Of a DNA stretch of 64,000 nucleotides, positions 48,390 to 56,735 are shown piece after piece. The DNA is from Chloracidobacterium sp. GTDB lineage: Bacteria; Acidobacteriota; Blastocatellia; Pyrinomonadales; Pyrinomonadaceae. Positions within the stretch are counted from its first letter, which is position 1. Each line of letters starts with the position of its first letter. Below the pieces are notes generated by a model that ran no database searches, was not told where the DNA came from, and was given only the letters and a program-made list of their open reading frames with translations. Made by a program: the position numbers and the translations under genes. The stretch is from assembly GCA_016716305.1 (NCBI GenBank), contig JADJWP010000001.1:350391-414390 (forward strand), given 5' to 3'.

Positions 48390-48713
48390 TCAGAATCCGC
48401 GCGAACTGCACATCGCGCAGTGGTCGCAAGGCCTGGCGTTCGGTTCGAACGTACAGGCCTTTTCATTTTGCGGCCTGCCAAATACCTCGTCAGCGATCGC
48501 CTCGGCGATAGTGAAGCGGTTCTGGGAAGGATGTTGCGAAGTTGTTATTTGCGAGCCGATCTTCGGTATCGCAGTTGCGCCTTCAAGTTTATCGAGCCGG
48601 TGATTTATCTTCTCAAGACTGGCAAAGATGGGCGCGAGTCTGTCTGTTGATTCGTCTGCTTCCAGCAGCCTTGCGATCTTTGCAGCGAGTTTTTGATTTT
48701 CACTCATGATCAT
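48390..48713 (-). CDS. BMC-locus small protein: N-terminal amphipathic helix plus a C-terminal C-x8-C-x2-C-x2-C motif
   Basis: 107 aa. 'SENQKLAAKIARLLEAD' at the N-terminus and 'EKACTFEPNARPCDHCAMCSSRGF' at the C-terminus. Its start lies 3 nt from the stop of the upstream BMC-P gene. Confidence 0.55.
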   Translation of the reverse strand: MIMSENQKLAAKIARLLEADESTDRLAPIFASLEKINHRLDKLEGATAIPKIGSQITTSQHPSQNRFTIAEAIADEVFGRPQNEKACTFEPNARPCDHCAMCSSRGF

Positions 48714-48716
48714 TTA

Positions 48717-48998
48717 CTAAAGATCTGAAAGCAAGTCGATGTAGTCAACAACACCTACGATCGCTGAATCGATGGCGGCTCCCGGACGCCCGGTCGCGGC
48801 AGTTGATGCGGACCAACCCTCCTGGGCAATTATCACCAGGTCGCCTTCGCCCGAATTGACCGAATCAAGCGCGAGGCATGTGTAATCCATATCAATGCCG
48901 TCGGGCGTCACCTGACGACACAGCATTATTCGCGTTCCCTCGTAACGCTGGTTCTTTTGCGAGGCAACTACGTTGCCGATTACGCGGGCTATCAGCAT
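48717..48998 (-). CDS. BMC-P pentameric vertex shell protein (EutN/CcmL family), copy 3
   Basis: 'MLIARVIGNVVASQKNQRYEGTRIMLCRQV...LALDSVNSGEGDLVII...IDSAIVGVVD'. Confidence 0.9.
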   Translation of the reverse strand: MLIARVIGNVVASQKNQRYEGTRIMLCRQVTPDGIDMDYTCLALDSVNSGEGDLVIIAQEGWSASTAATGRPGAAIDSAIVGVVDYIDLLSDL

Positions 48999-49007
48999 AA
49001 CTGGATC

Positions 49008-49286
49008 TCACGCTCGCTGAAACACATGTTTTTCTGAATCGATTATCCCGACTATTGTGCAGTCGGTAGGCGTTTCGTCACGCTTGAATGGAAACGACGC
49101 TTCTTTGCCGCGGCACCAAAAGACAAGCTCACCAATACCGGCTCCGACCGCATCAAGAGCGACCATCGGACTGCCCTTCGGCCTAAGGTCGGCATCGAGC
49201 GTTTGCACAAGAAGGAACTTTCGGCCCTCGAGCGTTCCATTCTTTATGGTCGAAACGACCGTTCCAATCACTCGTGCTATCTGCAT
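49008..49286 (-). CDS. BMC-P pentameric vertex shell protein (EutN/CcmL family), copy 2
   Basis: From the internal ATG: 'MQIARVIGTVVSTIKNGTLEGRKFLLVQTLD...VALDAVGAGIGELV...DCTIVGIID'. Confidence 0.9.
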   Translation of the reverse strand: MQIARVIGTVVSTIKNGTLEGRKFLLVQTLDADLRPKGSPMVALDAVGAGIGELVFWCRGKEASFPFKRDETPTDCTIVGIIDSEKHVFQRA

Positions 49287-49288
49287 AT

Positions 49289-49684
49289 CTACTTTGCCTG
49301 GCTTCGATAGGTCGCAAGTGCGGTCGCCAAAAAACATGCGATGAGTAAGACACTGTACTCCATTCCGTTTCGGCCCGCTCCGACGACGAACCAGCCTTCT
49401 TTCCAATGGACCATTGCAACCCCGGCCGAAAGTTGTGCTGCAAAGACCAGAGCTATGACCCAGGCATAGAAACCTGCGGCAAACAACACGCTGCCGATCA
49501 ATTCGAACAATGTTATGGCCCACGCCAGATAAAATCCCAAAGGGAATCCCTGAGCACCAAGGAAACCGCCGAGATCATCGACCGTACCATTCCCTATTCG
49601 GGCGGCTCCGTGGATGAACATCAAAACTGCGAGGATGATTCGTAGGAAGACAAGGGCGGTTGATCTGTTGTCGCCGAATCTCAT
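49289..49684 (-). CDS. DoxX family integral membrane protein embedded in the shell-gene string
   Basis: 131 aa with four TM segments. 'LRIILAVLMFIHGAARI...LFELIGSVLFAAGF...GVAMVHWKEGWF' is DoxX-like. Its stop is 2 nt from the next ATG and its start is 1 nt after the upstream stop. Confidence 0.8.
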   Translation of the reverse strand: MRFGDNRSTALVFLRIILAVLMFIHGAARIGNGTVDDLGGFLGAQGFPLGFYLAWAITLFELIGSVLFAAGFYAWVIALVFAAQLSAGVAMVHWKEGWFVVGAGRNGMEYSVLLIACFLATALATYRSQAK

Positions 49685-49685
49685 T

Positions 49686-49961
49686 CTACTCAGCCTTAGT
49701 AAAGTCGATTGTATCTATCACCCCGATGATCGCTGAATCGACCGGGCAGTCCTTGTTGCCCTCAGCCATTCGGGCCGACGAACCGCCTACGACAATGACC
49801 TTTTCATGATAGCCGGCTCCGACCGTATCGACCGCGACAACATAGCCGCTCTGATCTTTTCCGTCAAGATCGATCGGTTTGACGATGAGGAGCTTCTTTC
49901 CCTCCAATCGCTCATCTTTCTGGGTCGAAACGACCGTCCCTAAAATTCGTCCAATTATCAT
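49686..49961 (-). CDS. BMC-P pentameric vertex shell protein (EutN/CcmL family), copy 1
   Basis: From the internal ATG: 'MIIGRILGTVVSTQKDERLEGKKLLIVKPID...VAVDTVGAGYHEKVIVV...VDSAIIGVID'. Confidence 0.9.
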   Translation of the reverse strand: MIIGRILGTVVSTQKDERLEGKKLLIVKPIDLDGKDQSGYVVAVDTVGAGYHEKVIVVGGSSARMAEGNKDCPVDSAIIGVIDTIDFTKAE

Positions 49962-50034
49962 TATTTGTGTAGAACGAGAACCGTCGACCGCCGCGGTGCC
50001 CGCCACCGTCGCCGACCACGTACACAGAGCCGGT

Positions 50035-50313
50035 CTACTTCATTACGACAGGGAGCCGTTCGTCGACACTTGCGTGCGGCCTCGGAATAACGTGGACGCT
50101 TACCAACTCACCGACCCGTCGGGCGGCTGCGGCTCCGGCGTCCGTGGCAGCTTTGACCGCTGCGACATCACCGCGAACGATAGCCGTTACAAATCCGGCC
50201 CCGATCTTTTCGTAGCCGACTAGCTGTACGTTCGCCGCCTTCACCATTGCGTCTGCTGCCTCGATCATTGCAACGAGACCTTTTGTCTCAACCATTCCTA
50301 ATGCTTCCTGCAT
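50035..50313 (-). CDS. BMC-H hexameric shell protein (PduA/CcmK-like, single BMC domain)
   Basis: '[58 protein letters not shown]...[10 protein letters not shown]'. Confidence 0.93.
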   Translation of the reverse strand: MQEALGMVETKGLVAMIEAADAMVKAANVQLVGYEKIGAGFVTAIVRGDVAAVKAATDAGAAAARRVGELVSVHVIPRPHASVDERLPVVMK

Positions 50314-50362
50314 TTAGTTCGTGCTCCTGATTGCGATTGGAAAATTCAAATGCCCCGATAGT

Positions 50363-51163
50363 TTAACCCAGATTCGCTGCCTGGCTCAAAAGCTCGATCA
50401 ATTCTTCACGGGTAAACGACACCTTTTCCCCGTTTGATGCCTTTCCGGCCGGATACTGGACCTCCAACTCGCAGGAGATACCTGCATCATGAAGGTAGCC
50501 GCATGCCTGACAACGAGCGTTTTCGCGTAGGTATCCGGCCTTTTCGCGGATATTTATCAGCTTTTCGATCGCATCCTGAGGCAGGTCGTTCGCTCCGCCG
50601 AGTGCTTTGGCAAGAATAGCGATCCTTGCGGTATGTTCCAATGTTTCAAGCCTGTCGAATGCTTGCCAAAGATCATCACCGTAAGCAACAGCTCCATGAT
50701 TCGCCATAAGAAGCGCGTTGTGATGCTCAACAAAGGGCTTCATCGCCTCTGTCAGCTCGTTGGTCGACGGCGTTCCGTAATCAGTGAGCGGCACGCAGCC
50801 AAGCGTGAGGATCACCTCCGAAAGGATCGGTTTGTCGATCGCCAGGCCCGCAACAGCAAACGCCGTCCCGTGCGGCGGATGCGCATGACATACGGCCTTG
50901 ATGTCCGGTCTCATCTTATAGATAAGCAAGTGCATTGCCAGCTCTGACGAAGCTCGCTTGTCCGAAAGCGGCCTGCCTTCCATATCCGTTAAGGCAAGGC
51001 AATCTTCGGTCATCCGTCCTTTGCAGGTCATCGTCGGTGTCGCAAGTACTGTATTCTCGTCGAGCCTGATACTCACGTTGCCGTCAGATGAGACAACGTA
51101 GCTCCTCTCATAGAGCAGCTTGCCGATCTCCACGATCAGTTTTCGTGCTGATTGTTCGTCCAT
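50363..51163 (-). CDS. class II aldolase/adducin-family enzyme (fuculose/rhamnulose-1-phosphate aldolase-like) with a ~60-aa C-terminal extension
   Basis: 'DGNVSIRL', Zn ligands 'VCHAHPPHGTAFA' and 'LMANHGAVAYG'. The extension is 'RCQACGYLHDAGISCE...VSFTREELIELLSQAANLG'. An alternative GTG start lies at 51178. Confidence 0.88.
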   Translation of the reverse strand: MDEQSARKLIVEIGKLLYERSYVVSSDGNVSIRLDENTVLATPTMTCKGRMTEDCLALTDMEGRPLSDKRASSELAMHLLIYKMRPDIKAVCHAHPPHGTAFAVAGLAIDKPILSEVILTLGCVPLTDYGTPSTNELTEAMKPFVEHHNALLMANHGAVAYGDDLWQAFDRLETLEHTARIAILAKALGGANDLPQDAIEKLINIREKAGYLRENARCQACGYLHDAGISCELEVQYPAGKASNGEKVSFTREELIELLSQAANLG

Positions 51164-51233
51164 AAAGCAAGAAACCACAGATTAACACAACTCGAATGTT
51201 GCGTTAACCTGTGGCCTTGGTTCTTCAAGAAAA

Positions 51234-51569
51234 CTATTTGACCGTAACGGTCTTCATTTTGATCTCTTTGACGGGTGGTGCCGGTGGGGCCGGTACGTCA
51301 AGTTCCTTCGGGATCGTCAATTCGACCTCAGAGACCTCGGTCGCCCGCCGCAGTTCTTCTAACTGCTGACGCAGCCTTATGTTTTCGTTACGAAGTTCCT
51401 TGTAATGCGGACGCTTTTTCTTACAGTCGCTGTGTCCATAGCTTGTCGATCCGCTGCGCGATTCGATTGTCGGGACACTTAATGGCACAAAAATACTTGC
51501 GATCAACAATCCCGCTCCGAAAGTCAAAGCGAAGGGAATGGCTCTCTTAAATACTGCGGTCAAATTCAT
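51234..51569 (-). CDS. hypothetical single-pass membrane protein with a coiled-coil segment
   Basis: TM segment 'IPFALTFGAGLLIASIFVPL', then 'YKELRNENIRLRQQLEELRRATE' and a Pro-rich tail. It sits between rex and the aldolase gene. Confidence 0.45.
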   Translation of the reverse strand: MNLTAVFKRAIPFALTFGAGLLIASIFVPLSVPTIESRSGSTSYGHSDCKKKRPHYKELRNENIRLRQQLEELRRATEVSEVELTIPKELDVPAPPAPPVKEIKMKTVTVK

Positions 51570-51592
51570 ACTTCACCTCTTGATTAATACTA

Positions 51593-52273
51593 CTAGCGTT
51601 TACGGCGGGTATTTCGTTTTGGTTTCAACCCGGAGCCATTTATACTCTCGGTTCCCGCAAGAAAGAATGACAAGCTTTCAAGACACGTCGTCAGATCGAC
51701 CGTTCGAACCTTCAGGTGGTCTGTCGCTTTCAGCGGAACGGGTGCGAAATTCATCACGGCCTTTATACCGGCTTTCGCAACGAGTTCGAGTACCCGTTCG
51801 GCGGAATCTGCAGGGACGGCGATCACCGCAATATCTATGTTATTCCTTTTTACGACAGACTGAAAGTTTTTTATGTCAAAAATCTCAGCTCCGCCCACTT
51901 TTTTTCCGATCTTTTTCGCATCCGCATCGAACAGGGCCTTGACCGAAAAATTCGATTTGCGAAAACCGTTGTAATCAGCCAGCGCCGTGCCGAGTCTTCC
52001 CGAACCGATAATGCATACATTATGATCATGATCCAGACCGAGAATGGTCCGCAAATTATCGATCAGCGTATCAACATAATAACCGACCCCGCGAATACCG
52101 AATTCGCCGAAGTAAGCAAGGTCCTTACGTATCTGAGCTGAGTTCAAATGAAACCGCTTGGCAAGGGCCGCGGACGAGACCGTACTCTGTCCTTCCGATC
52201 GAAGCTCCAGCAAACAGCGGAGATAGATGCTCAAACGATTGGTGGTGAGTTCTGAGATCTTTTCGGCTTTCAT
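51593..52273 (-). CDS. rex: redox-sensing transcriptional repressor Rex
   Basis: 'RLSIYLRCLLEL...VSSAALAKRFHLNSAQIRKDLAYFGEFGIRGVGYYV' is the winged helix. 'VCIIGSGRLGTALADY' is the Rossmann NADH site. Confidence 0.88.
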   Translation of the reverse strand: MKAEKISELTTNRLSIYLRCLLELRSEGQSTVSSAALAKRFHLNSAQIRKDLAYFGEFGIRGVGYYVDTLIDNLRTILGLDHDHNVCIIGSGRLGTALADYNGFRKSNFSVKALFDADAKKIGKKVGGAEIFDIKNFQSVVKRNNIDIAVIAVPADSAERVLELVAKAGIKAVMNFAPVPLKATDHLKVRTVDLTTCLESLSFFLAGTESINGSGLKPKRNTRRKR

Positions 52274-52378
52274 TCAATTCTAATAAATCAAAACGATTGC
52301 GGGATAGCAAGGATGGACTGTCTCATTGATGATGTACGCCGCCGCTCGCGTTGCCCTATATTGAGAATTGCACTACTA

Positions 52379-52396
52379 TGTTTCAGGTGTGAAACA
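52379..52396. promoter_or_regulatory. perfect palindrome TGTTTCA-GGTG-TGAAACA in the rex/ruvA divergent intergenic region
   Basis: Read directly. 7-bp arms with a 4-nt spacer, 106 nt upstream of the rex start and 44 nt upstream of the ruvA start. Confidence 0.3.
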
Positions 52397-52439
52397 GGAA
52401 CCTCGTGCGAGGAAATAAGCTCCGATCGGCCGCCGAACT

Positions 52440-53049
52440 ATGATCGCCTATTTATCGGGTACGATTCTCGAAAAAACCGCAGGAACCGTGATCGTCGACG
52501 TAGGTGGCGTCGGCTATGACGTAACGATCCCATTGTCGACATTTTATGAGCTTGGCGAGGTCGGCAGCGAGGTTTCGCTGAGGATCTATACATACGTTCG
52601 CGAAGACGCTTCAGCTTTTCGGGTTCAAGACCGCACGCGAGCGTGAACTTTACCTGAAATTGATATCAGTTCAGGGCGTCGGGGCAAAATCGGGAATCAC
52701 AATGCTTTCGGGTATGAACGCCGACGAGATCATTGCGGCCATCAGGACGGATGATCTCGCAAAGTTGACTGCGATACCGGGTGTCGGGCGAAAAACGGCG
52801 GAACGACTCGTGATCGAACTCCGCGATAAGGTCGGCGAACTCTCGCATTCCACTGCCGCCGGCAGTCATCAGTCGACATCCGCCGGAAGCGCCGGCGAAG
52901 AAGTACTCGACGACGCGCTTTCGGCCCTGACAAATCTCGGATACAAAAAGGACGCTGCTGAAAAGGCACTCCAACAGGCGATCAAAGATGGAACCGAGCT
53001 TAACGTACAAAAACTGCTCCGGGCGGCTCTCCAACGACTCGCGAAATAG
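52440..53049 (+). pseudogene. ruvA: Holliday junction helicase subunit RuvA, with one frame break near 52608 (probably an artefact)
   Basis: 'MIAYLSGTILEKTAGTVIVDVGGVGYDVTIP...YTYVREDA' then a shift to 'LQLFGFKTARERELYLKLISVQGVGAKSGITMLSGM...IPGVGRKTAERLVIEL'. Confidence 0.88.
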
Positions 53050-53154
53050 TGCTTTATCGTTGCAAGCATGAATTTTGGTTCGCGATAATGGCATTTTGGT
53101 CCGCAGAAGGGTTTTTTTCGCATGCGAAAATGAACGTTTGTTACACCTAACTGG

Positions 53155-53916
53155 TTGATGCGCAATGTTCTGCAGCAATTTTCCAAGGATCTGGCCATTC
53201 TTGATCGAAAAGCCGTGATCTCGCTTGTTTACGCGGCATTCGGACTGACGTGTATCTTTTATCTTAAGAACCAACCGGCGGTCGCCTCCTTTTTTGCTGG
53301 TACCTCACTAGCCGATTTTGGAAACTTCATCGCCAACTCACCTTCGAATAATCTGCCCGGTCTTGGCTGGTGGGTCTTTATCGTGACCGTCTTCTACGTT
53401 TTGCTGCCCGTTCTGATAATTAAACTCGTCTGGCGCGAGAATCTGCGCGATTTCGGTCTGAAATTCTCGATCGAAGAAGGCTTCTGGAAGCTTTTGGCCG
53501 CCTGTACGGTAACCATGATTCCGCTCGTTTACTTGATGTCGCTCACATCGGGCTTTGCGGCGAAGTATCCGTTCCTGCATATTTACAACGGCGAGCCCTA
53601 CATCGGGACGACGCTGCTTCTTTGGGAACTGATATACTTCTTACAGTTTTTCGGGCTCGAGTTTTTCTTTCGCGGGTTTCTGGTGCACAGCCTGAAGCCT
53701 TCGCTCGGTCTTTACTCGATATTTGTTATGACCGTGCCATATTGCATGATACATTTCGGAAAGCCGGCTGCCGAGACGTTCTCAGCGATCATTGCCGGCA
53801 TCTTTCTCGGCTGGCTAAGCTATCGCAACGGCAGCATCTGGCTGGGATTGATACTACATTGCGCGGTCGCGTTTTCGATGGATATCTTTGCACTTTTTAA
53901 CAAGGGACTTTTGTGA
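53155..53916 (+). CDS. CPBP family (CAAX/Abi-like) intramembrane metalloprotease
   Basis: Multi-TM protein. '[10 protein letters not shown]' is the EExxxR-type motif, with 'CMIHFGK' and 'ILHCAVAF'. Its stop overlaps the ruvB GTG start by 4 nt. Confidence 0.8.
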   Translation: MMRNVLQQFSKDLAILDRKAVISLVYAAFGLTCIFYLKNQPAVASFFAGTSLADFGNFIANSPSNNLPGLGWWVFIVTVFYVLLPVLIIKLVWRENLRDFGLKFSIEEGFWKLLAACTVTMIPLVYLMSLTSGFAAKYPFLHIYNGEPYIGTTLLLWELIYFLQFFGLEFFFRGFLVHSLKPSLGLYSIFVMTVPYCMIHFGKPAAETFSAIIAGIFLGWLSYRNGSIWLGLILHCAVAFSMDIFALFNKGLL

Positions 53917-54946
53917 CAACCTCTGCCGCAATTAACATCCGTGACGAAGAGCTAACGCCCGAGGAATCTAAATTCGAGGCGACGCTTCGGCCTGCGCAGC
54001 TTGCCGAGTATATCGGGCAGCAAAAGGTAAAGGACAATCTCCGCGTGTTCATGAAAGCGGCACTTAAACGCCGCGAGGCTTTGGATCATATCCTTTTGAC
54101 CGGCCCGCCCGGAGTCGGCAAGACGACGCTTTCGAACATCGTCGCTAACGAAATGGGTGCCGCACTCAAATCGACGGCAGGCCCGATAATCGAAAAGGCC
54201 GGCGACCTGGCGGCGATCCTGACCAATCTCGAAGAGGGTGATGTCCTTTTCATCGACGAGATACACCGCCTCAATCCTGCTATCGAAGAAATTCTTTATC
54301 CGGCGATGGAGGATTACAGCCTGGATCTCATGATCGGGCAGGGCGGCCGCACGCTCAATAAAGCTCGAACTGCCAAAATTCACGCTTGTCGGAGCAACGA
54401 CGCGGCCCGGAATGATCACGGCGCCGCTCCGCGGCCGTTTTGGCATTATTTTCATCTTGATTTTTATGGCGTAAGCGAGCTGCAGCAGATCGCTGAACGC
54501 TCCGCCGGCATTCTCGAAGTTGAGATCGACGCGAGCGGCTCAAATGAAATAGCTCGCAGGTCGCGCGGAACGCCGCGTATCGCCAACCGTCTGCTTCGCC
54601 GTGTCCGTGATTACGCTGAGGTCGATCACGACGGAAAATTACCGAACACGTTGCGAATGATGCTCTCAACCGGATGGAGGTAGACACCTACGGCCTCGAC
54701 GAAATGGACCGTAAGCTACTAATGACGATCATCGAGAAATTCGACGGCGGCCCGGTCGGCCTCGGCACGCTGTGTGCGTCGCTCCACGAAGAAAAAGACT
54801 CGATCGAAGAGATCATCGAACCATATCTGCTGCAGATAGGCTTTCTTAACCGAACGCCTCGCGGGCGAATGGCGACGCGGCTTGCTTACGAGCATTTCGG
54901 GATCGACCTTCCTGCAAAGGCCGTCGCTCCGACACTTTTCGAATAG
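53913..54946 (+). pseudogene. ruvB: Holliday junction helicase RuvB, with three frame breaks at homopolymer runs (probably artefacts)
   Basis: '[19 protein letters not shown]...[14 protein letters not shown]...FIDEIHRL'. The alternate frame gives '[37 protein letters not shown]'. The text then returns to 'HLDFY...[16 protein letters not shown]', then shifts to '[26 protein letters not shown]...PRGRMAT'. Breaks lie at the G-run 54341-43, the T-run 54449-52 and the A-run 54635-38. Confidence 0.9.
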
Positions 54947-55018
54947 ACCGGCCTGACCAATCGTCTCTCATCAGCTCATCCTTTTGCCCCGGGGCGATCG
55001 GTTCGCAATAATTGCTCT

Positions 55019-56669
55019 ATGAATAAAATATTTTTCGGCATTGCATTTCTGGCTATTTCATCTGTTTCGTCGCATTCCCAATACAAATTCGAGGGCTACA
55101 ACATCGTGCTCAATGCTCCGACGAATCATCGTTCGGCGACGTGTGCCGTCCGCTATGTCAACCCGTCGACGGCGATCGCCGTTGCAGATCTCGACCGGGC
55201 AACGCCGATGAAGCTGACGCCGTGTGACGGCTCGTCAAGCAGCCTTTCGCAGTCGTCTGCGGCCGGTGCGACGATGCGTGCGAGCCAGAGCGACTACAAA
55301 TGGTGCTTCATCGGCGAGGACAAGCGATATCGCATCACGTTTCAGGGCGATCAGCATTCGGGCCCGATAACATACGATTGGATCGCTGACGTCGATCCGC
55401 GTCAGGAAGGTTTTTACAACGTCCGCGATTTCGGCGCCGCCGGCGACGGCCGCACCGACGATACGATAGCCATCCGAAGCGCGTTTGCCTACATTGCCTC
55501 GCGTAATGGCGGCACGCTCCGCTTCCCTGCCGGCGATTACGTTGTAAGGTCGCCGATCGCGATCCCGTCGGGCATCATCATCGAGGGCTCGAATGGCATT
55601 CACTCGAGCGATCGGACCAGCGACGTCCCGCGTCCGAACCCGACTCGCATCACGCTCGACGGAGCAAAGCGTGCATTGTTCCAGATCGGCGAATGCGTCG
55701 AAAGGTGACGATCCGCGATATCGAGCTTTATGCCCGCAGCAACGACGGAACGTCGGGAGTCGAGGCATTCGGCGCTTACAATTCCTCGCAGGATTTCGTT
55801 TTTGACCGCGTCGTTTTTCACAACTTCGATCGCGGCATCAATGCGTACGGCCTGCCGCAGACCGACCTCAACTGGCAGTTCGATTACGTCAAGGTCAACA
55901 ATAGCCGTTTCGTATTCAGCCGCGATACCGGCATTTTCACCAACGTCCGAAATTCCGATTGGAAGATCTCGGGATCGCTCTTCATCAATCCGCCAAAACG
56001 CGCCGGGCAGAACGCCAACTCGATGCATTTCGAACGCGCCGCAGGCATACTCATTCAGGACACATTCGGCGGCGGATTCGGCAACGCACCGGGCGGGACA
56101 TTCCTGAACATCCTCGACAGCGGCGGCATCACGATAATAGCTTCGCAGACCGAGGCGATGACGAATTCGATCGTCTACAACGCCGTCAACAATCCGCTTG
56201 CGGGCGACTATTCGGCCCCGATAATGATGATCAATTCGGCCTTTGGGAACCCGATCGTGTTCAACGCCCGACGCACTTTCGTATCGACCGGCAACTTCTT
56301 TACGGGCGATACGTTCAAGGCCGACGAACGGCTGCGGGTTTATTCGACCGGCGACCGCTTTTGCTACGACGGTTTCACGCTTGCTGCCGCGGCGCTCAGA
56401 AAAAGATGTTCGACAAAGCTACCGTCGTATTTATGACGGGCCAGCCGGCCGAGGGCAGCGTCGCCGGACATCCGACCTACTTCGGCACCGACGTCCAGTT
56501 CGGCGGCCCCGTTCAGATGCCGTCGCTGATGCATAACGCCTTGCCGGCCGGCCGTGCGAACGGTTCGATGGTCTATTGCCAAAACTGTCGCCGATCTACA
56601 ACGCCCTGTCAGGCCGGCGGAACCGGAGCTCCGGCAATGATCGTCAATGGCCAATGGAGCTGTATGTAG
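55019..56669 (+). pseudogene. secreted right-handed beta-helix protein (pectate-lyase-3/tailspike-like), with two frame breaks
   Basis: Signal peptide. 'YNVRDFGAAGDGRTDDTIAIRSAFAY...GGTLRFPAGDYVV' is the hallmark of the pectate_lyase_3 family. The reading continues through ORFs 55693..56436 and the tail of 55959..56669. Breaks lie at the A-run 55701-03 and near 56390. Confidence 0.7.
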
Positions 56670-56735
56670 GGCAGAGGAGCGAGGTATCTTTTGTTTCGTT
56701 TCAGCGCGCGCGGCCCGTATGTTTCCCTGAAACAC

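Noticed and set aside
52666-53274. 202-aa minus-strand ORF opposite ruvA
   Set aside because: It is antisense to the conserved RuvA domains and has low-complexity Arg/Cys-rich composition.
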